Shown in pieces: positions 11,697 to 21,443 of a DNA stretch of 64,000 nt. Source of the DNA: Flectonema sp. DT1601 (taxonomy: Eukaryota). Position numbers and translations under genes: made by a program. The stretch is from the NCBI GenBank assembly GCA_964019425.1, contig OZ025782.1, positions 1,178,001 to 1,242,000 on the forward strand, given 5' to 3'. How positions within the stretch are numbered: position 1 is the first letter of the stretch; the number at the start of each line of letters is the position of its first letter. The notes under the pieces were generated by a model, which was not told the DNA's origin, made no database searches, and was given only the letters and a program-made list of their open reading frames with translations.

Positions 11697-12690
11697 ACTT
11701 AGATAGAAGCTTTTATATATTTTGTTAATCGCAGATAGTACTACCGAACGCACAAGAAAATAGATAACATTTTGACATCATAAATAAAACGGCTCCTAAT
11801 CTGAATAGTTTCTTCTCCGACTTCGCCGGTGCAAAAAAAAAAAAAAGAATTGGAAAACTTCGCGCTTCTTACTTTTTTACTCACACTTTTATTTTGTTTG
11901 TGAGCAACCGGTGCAAAATCCTAATAAAGGAACAGGTTAGTCAGGCTGTCATCATTCTCTTTCGACCGAACAATGGGTTTGTAGGACCCCATAGGTACAA
12001 AAGGTACAAAAAAAAAAACAAGAACTTTCGCATTGCTTAACCTCGTAGTGATGACACAGATAAAAATTATTATTTTCGTGAACAAACATTGTACCTGTCT
12101 CAGAGAGAATACAAAAAAAAAAATAAAAATAGAAAGCTATTCAGATGAGCCTTATATATGTTGCTTAACGCACTTACCGCACAGAGAAAAGGATACCGTG
12201 ACATAAATAACGGCTCTTGATCTGAATAGTCTCTTCTGCTGTTTTTCATACTTTGCCAATTTTATATAAACGAAATTCGCATCGCTCGCGCAGACTCAGT
12301 AAGCATGCTTACTAAGAAACAGAGTGAAATACTCATCACATATTTTGTTGTATTTATTTGCATCAAAAATGTATGTGGAGTGATTGTTTGGTAAAAAAGA
12401 CTATTCAGATAAAGCCTCATATATATTTTGTTGATCGCTAACAGTAATACCGAAGGCACAAGGAAAAGGATATCTGTGACACAATAAACAACAGCTCTTT
12501 ATCTGAATAGTTTCTTTTGATGTTTTCATGTGCTGCCAATTAAATTCGCATCGCTCGCGCAGACTAAGAAAAAATAGTGAAATACTCATCAGATATTTTG
12601 TTGTATTCGTTTGCATCAAAAAGAATGGTATTTTTTAAAATGCTGTTGAACACGCTAATGTGTGGAGTTGTTTGGTATAAAAAAATAATA
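11697..12690. repeat. Degenerate tandem repeat, ~264-bp unit (two full copies from 12137 and 12401, one partial copy ~11697-11826), with internal inverted repeat
   Basis: CTATTCAGAT...ATCTGAATAG and AAATTCGCATCGCTCGCGCAGACT and GTGAAATACTCATCA recur in the two full copies; ATCTGAATAG also at 11799. Confidence 0.75.
11828..12015. mobile_element. Dispersed ~160-190 bp element, copy 1
   Basis: Aligns by eye with 21926-22085 (TTTATTTTGTTTGTG, AAAATCCTAATAAAGGAA, AGGTTAGT, CCGAACAATGGGTTTGTAGG). Confidence 0.65.
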
Positions 12691-12753
12691 ATAAAAATAA
12701 AAAGAGAATTGGTTGTCTACATTCAAACCTTTATAGTAGTTTGATAAACATTA

Positions 12754-15093
12754 TTATTTCTGACTCATTGCATCATTTATTGAGGCTCTTCTCAACTGTG
12801 TTTGTATTGATAAAGTTCCAACTTCAAGCATTGGCCTACCAGACTCTGCCGGTAAAGAAGGTAATCGATATGTTGGACTTCTGTCAATAGGAATTGGTTT
12901 CGGTGAAATTCCTCGTTCGCTACTTTTTCTCACAGGCTTTGGAGATAACAATGGGATGGTTTCAGTCTGAAGTGACTTCTTGACGCGTGATGGACGCCGT
13001 GGAGACTTCACTGTCGACGGTGAACCGATTGGAACTAATTTTGAATTACTCTCACCAATTAAAAAGTATTCACGTAACACTTCAATAAGTTGCTCTGATG
13101 CCCTACTAAAGTTAAATTTCCCCCTATAATATTCATCTATTGCAGTCAACACTTCATCTAAACTGAGACCTTTCAGAGCAGAACCAAACTCTGGTAAATC
13201 TACATTTATAAAGTTTGGAGGACGACTAAATTTCAAAGAGTTATAATTAAGAATTTGTTGTAACGAACACTTTGCTAAATGTGTTTTTGGATAAGACACA
13301 ACATTGACGAGTGGAATTTTTAAACTTCCGGATTTTAAGATCATCTCCTTCTGTGGTAGAATCTCATCGATACTGAGTCCCCAAAAAGTGAATTCGTCTA
13401 AAACTAGAGGAGCGTTATCGACGGTCATCAACTTTGTCGATCCAGAAGTCAAAAATTCATAAAAAATATTAAATATTTCACTGTTTCGATCAACAGGTAG
13501 CTCCTCTCCAGGTTTTCCAAGAAACCCAAACATAGACTCAGGGTATCTACTTATTATTTCAGATGTTATGGGGAACTTCTTCCCCTGAATAACTAACACG
13601 AGAGAAGCTGCAAAGTTTGGTTGTGATTTTGATGACAATGGAGTTAAAGACCTTCTTGCATTAGGTTTAGTTCCGAGATTCTTTGATCCTTCAGTTGATG
13701 ACTGTGGTTGTGGGGTTACTGATCTCCGTCTGTTTACTAGTCTTTCAGTGGGAAGCGATTCCTCATCTTTTTGATTTCCATCTTCAGATGCTATTTGTGG
13801 ACTCCGCGTTGATGATTTTCTTCGAGAACTACCCGGCTGAGGTGTTATCGATCTTCTTGTGTTATTCTTTGCTGTTCCAGGTCTTGAAGAGTTAATTTTA
13901 TCCTTGTCTTCACTGTCACTGTCTGCATCTAATGTTGAGGGACTTCTACATTGTTTATTCTTTGAACTTCTCGTAGACTTTGCGTAATTATGATCAAATG
14001 GAACACTCCAGGGAGCTTCTCGACGGAGGGCTACTAGTTGATCTGATTTTGTTTTGAGTTCCATCTTTTTAAAGTCAAGTTGACCGTCGACTGCCGCAGA
14101 CTCAAATCGAAGGTTTTGAACTGGTACGACATCTCTCGGATCTGATGTAAATATTCTTTCAAGATGATTAGCAGCTTGTGATTTACAACGACGCCAAACA
14201 TCACTACAGTTAGCTCTTCTATAAGTGTACCACCACTCCCCAGGTGATGGTTCAGGTAGTGGAGCTGAAGTGTACCATTCATTTAGTGACCCAACTACTT
14301 TACAATATTGATTTAATTCAACAGAATCCACCCACATGTCAACTAAATCAAAGATACTGTCTGAGAATGTTTGTAAGTCCAGCCAAGGAATTCCTTGACT
14401 GTCGTACTCCCATTCCTTGTCCAGGGTTTTTATTAATTCACTTTTTTGAGGAGATTTCGGAATCACTTGTCGAAGAAAACTATTTTCGTTGCTGTTGACA
14501 GAACTGGTTCCCAACATAAAGAACAACGTCATGTACATTGCTTTGTCAATACCTCTCGCGTGTTTATGTATTGTTTCCCAAAGTAATTTTATTGAATTCT
14601 GAAACGTTTCACTGTTGCGAAGAGCAAGCCGTTTTTTTAACAACTCTTCAGTATAGAATTCTTGATTGTGTTGAAGCTTTCTACTCCTCCCACGTAATCC
14701 TTCAGCTGTTTGAGCAGCGTATTTTGATATGGCATTCACTTGACCATCTGAAGTGTTGTTTACTTGAAAGCGAATTCTCAAATTAGTTTTCTGACTGAGG
14801 ACATCTGTGAGATCAGATACAGCTAATACGTGTTTACCGTTAATGTGAGTCACGTGGTAACCTTCACAAAGTCCAATACCTGCCTTGTCTGCTACACTAC
14901 CCTCATCAACACCATCTACGATCATTGTTCCTTTTCGCAATCTAATACCAAGAGGTTCATTGCCTATTGGATTTCTTTCAACTTCTATTTCTGTAACTCC
15001 TTTCTCATATTCTGCCATGGATTGGAATCTCGACGGGGCTAATTCGGGCTGCCATCGCGGAGCTGCAAAAGAGGGCCGATCCTCAACTGACAT
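12754..15093 (-). CDS. Multidomain protein: PDZ + EF-hand-like + WWE-like + BTB/T1 (KCTD-type)
   Basis: EPLGIRLRKGTMIVDGVDEGSVADKAGI...VTHINGKHV (PDZ); WWYTY...VWRRCKSQAANHLERIF (WWE-like); IQGKKFPITSEIISRYPESMF...VDRNSEIF...DEFTFWGL (BTB); ATG 15093 follows pyrimidine-rich CAG. Confidence 0.75.
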   Translation of the reverse strand: MSVEDRPSFAAPRWQPELAPSRFQSMAEYEKGVTEIEVERNPIGNEPLGIRLRKGTMIVDGVDEGSVADKAGIGLCEGYHVTHINGKHVLAVSDLTDVLSQKTNLRIRFQVNNTSDGQVNAISKYAAQTAEGLRGRSRKLQHNQEFYTEELLKKRLALRNSETFQNSIKLLWETIHKHARGIDKAMYMTLFFMLGTSSVNSNENSFLRQVIPKSPQKSELIKTLDKEWEYDSQGIPWLDLQTFSDSIFDLVDMWVDSVELNQYCKVVGSLNEWYTSAPLPEPSPGEWWYTYRRANCSDVWRRCKSQAANHLERIFTSDPRDVVPVQNLRFESAAVDGQLDFKKMELKTKSDQLVALRREAPWSVPFDHNYAKSTRSSKNKQCRSPSTLDADSDSEDKDKINSSRPGTAKNNTRRSITPQPGSSRRKSSTRSPQIASEDGNQKDEESLPTERLVNRRRSVTPQPQSSTEGSKNLGTKPNARRSLTPLSSKSQPNFAASLVLVIQGKKFPITSEIISRYPESMFGFLGKPGEELPVDRNSEIFNIFYEFLTSGSTKLMTVDNAPLVLDEFTFWGLSIDEILPQKEMILKSGSLKIPLVNVVSYPKTHLAKCSLQQILNYNSLKFSRPPNFINVDLPEFGSALKGLSLDEVLTAIDEYYRGKFNFSRASEQLIEVLREYFLIGESNSKLVPIGSPSTVKSPRRPSRVKKSLQTETIPLLSPKPVRKSSERGISPKPIPIDRSPTYRLPSLPAESGRPMLEVGTLSIQTQLRRASINDAMSQK

Positions 15094-15335
15094 TATTCTG
15101 TCGAAGGAAATAATATAAAAAAGATGAACACAAATCGTAACAACAAAAGTAACTAAAATCCCCGAATACGAATCAACATTCTTCTGCAGTGAGAACAAGA
15201 GGATGATATTAACAAACAGGAACTCACATATGAGAATCGGAAGCCGTAAATGACTGGGCGAGGTTAGATAAGCTCATCAAGAATATCGAAGTGCAGGAGC
15301 TTCATGAAGGATATAAAGTGTTTTATCGTTAATAA

Positions 15336-16224
15336 TTAAAAGGCAGTTACTTGAGATGCGCAATATTTATGTTTCAGTGCATCAGCTGCCTGAATTCTAT
15401 TGCTTGGCTCCCATTGCAACATCTTCATGAGGAGGTCTACTCCGTTTTTACCAACCACAGAAGACATTGTACCGATAATCTTACACTCATGCATGACGTG
15501 AAAGTCTTCGTTGCTGAGGAAAGTAGAGCTGTGGCGATAGCTGTGCATTGATGGCCAGACTTCGAGGTTTGGAGTTCCAAGAGTTTTAAAGATACTGAGA
15601 AGTTGTTCTTGTGCTACTTTTCCTGTAAAGAGAGGCTGGCTAGTTATCATTTCAGCAAAGATACATCCAACTGACCAGATGTCAATACCGAAATCATAAT
15701 CTTCTGATCCGAGTACGACATCAGGTGATCGATACCAAAGAGTGACTACATCAGGAGTGTGTCTCTTTACAGGTATTCCGAGAGCTCTGCCAAGTCCAAA
15801 ATCAGCAATTTTTAACCTCCCTTTTGAAATTAATATATTCTGTGGCTTCAAATCCCTATGAAGTACAGATCTGTGATGACAATAAGACAATCCTTGAAGT
15901 AATTCACACATTAAATGGCGAATCATTCCATTATCGAGGTCGTGATGAAGGTCCATGAATTTCTTTAAATCTTGATCAAGGTATTCAAAAACTAAAGTCA
16001 ACTTGTGTAATGTCAATACAACGTCAAGAAGTCTTACTATGTTCGGATGCCTTAGTTCTTTTAGTAAGGATATTTCTCGTATAGCAGCACAAGGAACTCC
16101 TTCTTCTTCTTCATTAATACGAATCCTCTTTAGGGCAACCAACTCCCCCGTGTCTTTATCCTTAGCTTTGTATACAAGTCCAAAACTACCTTCACCAATT
16201 TTATCTAATTTCGCATACTTGTGA

Positions 16225-16229
<5 letters not shown>
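15336..16229 (-). CDS. Cyclin-dependent kinase, cdc2-related (closest in motif to kinetoplastid CRK1 type)
   Basis: GEGSFG, EGVPCAAIREISLLKEL, HRDLKPQN, DFGLGR, VVTLWYRSPD; ATG at 16229 after an A-run. Confidence 0.92.
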
Positions 16230-16256
<27 letters not shown>

Positions 16257-16634
16257 CAAAAAAAAAATGCTCCCTGCAGCCTTATTGAGATAATATTCAC
16301 ATAAAAGTCAGTTTGAAGGGAAACAAAAGAAGGAAAAAAAAAATGAAAAACTCCCACAAAAAGCTCTCAAACCAAGGAATCGACCTGTTAAGAAATCAAC
16401 AAGTATTACAATGCTACAGTAGACATTAGAACTCTTCAAGCGGGTTACAAATTTTGTTGTTGGACACACACAAATTAAATTGTGTTTTATTTTCCTTACA
16501 AAATACTATTGGAGGGGGATACTGGTGAGGGTTTCTATTTTCTTATACTGATCTAGGTAAGTTACATTTTTTCTTTTTTTTTTAATTTGCATCTTTCTCA
16601 TCTACGACGTAGGCACCACGACGTTACGATTACT

Positions 16635-19600
16635 TCACAACATATGTTTCGCAGCCCACGGTTTTCTATGTAATGCGGGTGAGGATTGCAGCAGGTTGTT
16701 AACAGCTTCCTGGTTAAAGCCTCTTCCTACAGTACCACCGGTTGGACCACTTTGAATAGGAATTGAGGCGACGCTTGTTGCTCTATTCTTCCACAGTAAG
16801 AACTGAGAACTCTCAAGCGGAGATTGATAAGCGAAGCCACTAGACTCGTTTAGTATTGTATTAACAGGTGGAGAGTTAACGTATGGTGCTGGCAGATGCT
16901 TTTGATCTTTCCGCTCCAGCAATGCTTTAGCAGCTGCAGCTCTCTTCTTCTGTGCTGCGATATCACTCTCTTCTGTTTGAATTATCATATCCAGTAGTTT
17001 GGTATCCCGTTTTGATAAAAGCTGTTTTTCCAATTCGATTTTCTGACAAGCTTTTTCTGACTTCAATCGTTCAGCTTCCATCTCATGTTGAACTTGTCGT
17101 TGTTGAAGGAAGTCGAATTCAACTCCTATTTCAGTTTCAACTCGTTCCATTTCATCGACTTCAATCTGACGCTTTCTCAGATTTGAGATTTCACCCTGAA
17201 GGATATCTCTTATTTGGAGTTGTTTGTCTATCTGTCCTTGGTATTTCTCTTTTTCTCCTTCACGAATTTCAAGGATTTCGTTATCAGTTGGACGTATTGA
17301 AGTAGTGACAGCTTGCTGATGGCGGTTCTGTGCTTTCTGACGATCAGCCTTCACATTGTTAATAGTGTGCTGTAATTTCTGAAGATGATCATCAGAGTCT
17401 GCTCTTCGTATTTTAGCAACCATAAGTAAACGTTCCTTCTCTTGTCGCCATTCTATTTCTTTTATTTTCGAAATGTCTGCCTCCTCCTCTGTTTGCTCTT
17501 CTGCTTCGACATTTTCCGTTTTTTGGCTTTTTTGCAATAACATTGCCTCCAGTCGCTCCAATGCTTTGTTTTGGTTTCCCAACATCTTTGATCCTTCTTC
17601 CATTTCCTTAATCATCTCTAACTTTTCTTTTTGCCATACCAATTCTGCTTCTTGTAGTTGTAGTGTCATATATTCTTTTTGTTGTGTGGCTTGCGCCTCA
17701 TGAAAAGCTTCAATCATTTTTGTAGCCCAGTGAACTTCTTCTTTTGTAGGTTTGGATTGTTTGGATGCTTCTTCTTCATCCTGCTTTTCATTTTTAAGAG
17801 CAGTTTTTAGAGGGCTGGCTCCAGGCTTTTCGCCATCAGTCTTTTCTTCTTCAGGAATAGAAGGTTTAGGGGACTGTGGTGGAGGAGGTGCAGTTTTTGG
17901 TGGAGGCGCAGTTTTTGGTAGAGGCGCAGTTTTTGGTGGAGGCGCAGTTTTCTCAGTAACATCCACTGGTTTTGAAGGACTACTTTTTGTAACAGTAGGA
18001 ACAGCAGGTACTGGAGGAGTCAAGACTGCTGGCTTAGATGCAGAAGGTGAATCAACTCTCAGAGGTGGTGGGGAGGATGCCACCCTTTCTGGTGACCCTC
18101 CAGCATTTGTCACGAATTGCGGTGCAGCTCGCCTGGTGTGTATTCCTTGAGGTATAATGTTTGCTGGGGTCAGTGGTGTCAACACCGGGTTTGGTACTGT
18201 TTGTCGAGGTGGGGTCTCCTTTTCCTTACTATCTTTGTCCTTGTCCCATATGTGCTGCCTCAAAATCCCCAAATGCCTTGGAGGCTTGACAGGCGTGCTG
18301 AACACTTCAGGAATCTTTGACATATCTTGAAGCCTGACTTCTGACTTTGATGGTGTTCGATTAACAGAATTCTCTACTATAGCTGAGTACTTCTTCACTG
18401 AATCTTCAATTGCGTTCTGCTGTGCTCGCCTTTGTCTTCTGCGCCTTGCATTAGCTCTCAAATACAAACCTTCTGGTATAATTGGCTTCTCTTGCGAAGA
18501 ACAACTAACAGGAAGGGATCGAATCTCTCGAACAGGTGAAACCGAATACCCCGACCTGCTTGGAGAAGTTACAGTACTATCAGGCAGTGGTTTAGCAAGT
18601 CGGGACACCGCAATGCCACCTGGCAATACTCTCGGAATCACATGTGCAGCAGGTGCCCCAGGAGCTGGCGGTGCCTTCAGAATCCCAGTTGCGGTAGGTG
18701 ATGCAGGTCCTCCAGGAGCTGACGGTGCCTTCGGTACTGCAGGTGCAGCGGGCGGTGCAGGTGTTCCCGATGCCTTCGGAGCTGCAGGCGCAGGAGGAGC
18801 TCCAGGTGCAATAGGTGGAGCAGGCGCTCCAGGAGCTGGCGGTGCCTTCGGTGCTCCAGGTGCAGCAGGTGGTGCAGGTGCTCCCGGTGCCTTCGATACT
18901 CCGGGTGCAGCGGGCGGTGCAGGTGGTCCAGGAGCTGGCGGTGCCTTCGGAGCTGCAGGTGCAGCGGGCGGTGCAGGTGCTCCCGGTGCCTTCGGTGCTC
19001 CAGGCGCAGCGGGCGGTGCAGGCGCTGGCGGTGCCTTCGGTACTCCAGGCGCAGCGGGCGGTGCAGGCGCTGGCGGTGCCTTCGGTACGCCAGGTGCAGC
19101 AGGTGGTGGAGGAGCGCCTGGTGCCTTCGATACTCCGGGTGCAGCGGGCGGTGCAGGTGGTCCAGGAGCTGGCGGTGCCTTCGGAGCTGCAGGTGCAGCG
19201 GGCGGTGCAGGTGCTCCCGGTGCCTTCGGTGCTCCAGGCGCAGCGGGCGGTGCAGGCGCTGGCGGTGCCTTCGGTACGACAGGTGCAGCAGGTGGTGGAG
19301 GAGCGCCTGGTGCTTTCGGTACTCCGGGTGCAGCGGGCGGTGCAGGTGGTCCAGGAGCTGGCGGTGCCTTCGGTACACCAGGTGCAGCAGGTGGAGGAGG
19401 AGCGCCTGGTGCCTTCGGTACTCCAGGTGCAGCGGGCGGTGCAGGTGCTCCCGGTGCCTTCGGAGCTGCAGGTGGTGGAGCTCCTGGCGCTTTCGGTACT
19501 CCGGGTGCAGCGGGTGGTGCAGGTGGTCCAGGAGCTGGCGGTGCCTTCGGTACACCAGGTGCAGCAGGTGGTGGAGGAGCGCCTGGTGCTTTCGGTACTC

Positions 19601-21050
19601 CGGGTGCCGCTGGCGGTGCCTTCGGTACACCAGGTGCAGCAGGTGGAGGAGGAGCGCCTGGTGCCTTCGGTACTCCAGGTGCAGCGGGCGGTGCAGGTGC
19701 TCCCGGTGCCTTCGGAGCTGCAGGTGGTGGAGCTCCTGGCGCTTTCGGTACTCCGGGTGCAGCGGGTGGTGCAGGTGGTCCAGGAGCTGGCGGTGCCTTC
19801 GGTACACCAGGTGCAGCAGGTGGTGGAGGAGCGCCTGGTGCTTTCGGTACTCCGGGTGCCGCTGGCGGTGCCTTCGGTACACCAGGTGCAGCAGGTGGAG
19901 GAGGAGCGCCTGGTACCTTCGGTACTCCAGGTGCAGCGGGCGGTGCAGGTGCTCCCGGTGCCTTCGGAGCTGCAGGTGGTGGAGCTCCTGGCGCTTTCGG
20001 TACTCCGGGTGCAGCGGGTGGTGCAGGTGGTACAGGAGCTGGCGGTGCCTTCGGTACACCAGGTGCAGCAGGTGGAGGAGGAGCGCCTGGTACCTTCGGT
20101 ACTCCAGGTGCAGCGGGCGGTGCAGGTGCTCCCGGTGCCTTCGGAGCTGCAGGTGGTGGAGCTCCTGGTGCCTTCGGTACTCCAGGTGCAGCAGGTGGTG
20201 CAGGTGCTCCCGGTGCCTTCGGAGCTGCAGGTGGTGGAGCGCCTGGCGCTTTCGGTACTCCGGGTGCAGCGGGTGGTGCAGGTGGTGGAGGAGCGCCTGG
20301 TGCCTTCGGTACTCCAGGCGCAGCGGGCGGTGCAGGCGCTGGCGGTGCCTTCGGTACACCAGGTGCAGCAGGTGGTGGAGGAGCGCCTGGTGCTTTCGGT
20401 ACTCCAGGCGCAGCGGGCGGTGCAGGCGCTGGCGGTGCCTTCGGAGCTGCAGGTGGTGGAGCGCCTACCTTCGGTGCTCCAGGCGCAGCAGGTGGTGGAG
20501 GAGCGACTGGTGCTTTCAGTACTCCGAGTGCAGCGGGCGGTGCAGGTGCTCCCGGTGCCTTCGGAGCCGCAGGTGGAGGTGGAGCGCCTGGTGCCTTCAG
20601 TACACCAGGTGCAGCAGGTGGTGGAGGAGCGACTGGTGCTTTCGGTACTCCAGCAGGTGGTGGAGGAGGAGCACCTGGAGGACCCGGCGGTGGTACCCTT
20701 AAGCCAATGGGCGGCAATGGCGGTGCTGGTGGAACAGGGAGTGATGAAGTGATTGGAGTTGTTCTGTTGAGTTTTAGGAATATTGCTCCACCGATTTCAT
20801 TCAGCGGGGTCCCAATAACAATCTGCCGAATAAGCAGCGGCGCGGTAGTAGACTCCCAAGTTTGCGCCTCGTCGACATCAACTTCCCACATAGTGTGCTG
20901 TGACAGGTCAGCAATACTTAATACAGAGCAGAACCTACTGATAGCTTCCTCGTTCAAATCTATATTGTCACCAGAAATAACACATTTCTTATTCATTCTG
21001 CCAGTCCACATTTCATTTAGAGACATCTCTCCTATGAGTCGAAACTTCAT
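16635..21050 (-). CDS. Large Pro/Ala-rich repeat protein with C-terminal coiled coil (~1470 aa)
   Basis: Uninterrupted ORF; ~700 aa of APGVPKAPGAPPPPA-type repeats; E/K/Q-rich coiled-coil C-terminus; first ATG at 21050 (in-frame TAA at 21069-21071 upstream). Confidence 0.75.
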   Translation of the reverse strand: MKFRLIGEMSLNEMWTGRMNKKCVISGDNIDLNEEAISRFCSVLSIADLSQHTMWEVDVDEAQTWESTTAPLLIRQIVIGTPLNEIGGAIFLKLNRTTPITSSLPVPPAPPLPPIGLRVPPPGPPGAPPPPPAGVPKAPVAPPPPAAPGVLKAPGAPPPPAAPKAPGAPAPPAALGVLKAPVAPPPPAAPGAPKVGAPPPAAPKAPPAPAPPAAPGVPKAPGAPPPPAAPGVPKAPPAPAPPAAPGVPKAPGAPPPPAPPAAPGVPKAPGAPPPAAPKAPGAPAPPAAPGVPKAPGAPPPAAPKAPGAPAPPAAPGVPKVPGAPPPPAAPGVPKAPPAPVPPAPPAAPGVPKAPGAPPPAAPKAPGAPAPPAAPGVPKVPGAPPPPAAPGVPKAPPAAPGVPKAPGAPPPPAAPGVPKAPPAPGPPAPPAAPGVPKAPGAPPPAAPKAPGAPAPPAAPGVPKAPGAPPPPAAPGVPKAPPAAPGVPKAPGAPPPPAAPGVPKAPPAPGPPAPPAAPGVPKAPGAPPPAAPKAPGAPAPPAAPGVPKAPGAPPPPAAPGVPKAPPAPGPPAPPAAPGVPKAPGAPPPPAAPVVPKAPPAPAPPAAPGAPKAPGAPAPPAAPAAPKAPPAPGPPAPPAAPGVSKAPGAPPPPAAPGVPKAPPAPAPPAAPGVPKAPPAPAPPAAPGAPKAPGAPAPPAAPAAPKAPPAPGPPAPPAAPGVSKAPGAPAPPAAPGAPKAPPAPGAPAPPIAPGAPPAPAAPKASGTPAPPAAPAVPKAPSAPGGPASPTATGILKAPPAPGAPAAHVIPRVLPGGIAVSRLAKPLPDSTVTSPSRSGYSVSPVREIRSLPVSCSSQEKPIIPEGLYLRANARRRRQRRAQQNAIEDSVKKYSAIVENSVNRTPSKSEVRLQDMSKIPEVFSTPVKPPRHLGILRQHIWDKDKDSKEKETPPRQTVPNPVLTPLTPANIIPQGIHTRRAAPQFVTNAGGSPERVASSPPPLRVDSPSASKPAVLTPPVPAVPTVTKSSPSKPVDVTEKTAPPPKTAPLPKTAPPPKTAPPPPQSPKPSIPEEEKTDGEKPGASPLKTALKNEKQDEEEASKQSKPTKEEVHWATKMIEAFHEAQATQQKEYMTLQLQEAELVWQKEKLEMIKEMEEGSKMLGNQNKALERLEAMLLQKSQKTENVEAEEQTEEEADISKIKEIEWRQEKERLLMVAKIRRADSDDHLQKLQHTINNVKADRQKAQNRHQQAVTTSIRPTDNEILEIREGEKEKYQGQIDKQLQIRDILQGEISNLRKRQIEVDEMERVETEIGVEFDFLQQRQVQHEMEAERLKSEKACQKIELEKQLLSKRDTKLLDMIIQTEESDIAAQKKRAAAAKALLERKDQKHLPAPYVNSPPVNTILNESSGFAYQSPLESSQFLLWKNRATSVASIPIQSGPTGGTVGRGFNQEAVNNLLQSSPALHRKPWAAKHML
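18640..20700. repeat. GC-rich coding minisatellite with higher-order 252-bp and 234-bp periods
   Basis: Identical block starts at 19441, 19693 and 19945; another at 18901 and 19135. Confidence 0.9.
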
Positions 21051-21443
21051 AGCCTCTAATGGTCCCAATTATTCTTTATAAATATTATGGAATTGGGAGA
21101 GAGAGGTGTCCTGAAAATTATAAATAACTAAAACCCAACACTTGATATCAACACGCGAATTAAACTGCTTAGATTGAATGCCGTCATATATTTGATTGGT
21201 ACCTTCTGAGTTAAAATAACTGATTAATTTTGAATAATAATAAAAAAGACTAAATCGCTGTGATGTGACATAGTTGCGAATGTTTCTTCCATCCGTCAAA
21301 GTAGATGACCGATCGCTAATAATGAAATAAACAAAACGGATGGTCATAAAACGACGCATTATCAATACCAATATCAGTTAGGTAACTTCAACGGTGAGTA
21401 CGTCGAGGACATGGAACTCGTATAGTCGAATTTTACTAGTCGC

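Noticed and set aside
11697..12690. CRISPR-like array
   Set aside because: Units are long and degenerate, there is no short repeat-unique spacer pattern, no cas genes, and the context is eukaryotic.
16230..16259. Poly-Lys N-terminus on the CDK, and other poly-K/poly-F ORFs (e.g. 28939-29121, 47895-48498, 54105-54317)
   Set aside because: Translations of homopolymer runs in UTRs and introns starting at TTG/GTG; run lengths may also be sequencing-dependent.
18613..21081. Long plus-strand ORFs (822 aa, 645 aa) and the alternative minus frame (560 aa)
   Set aside because: Shadow frames of a GC-rich, stop-free coding minisatellite; only the Pro-rich frame continues into a long unique C-terminal region, on the gene-bearing strand.
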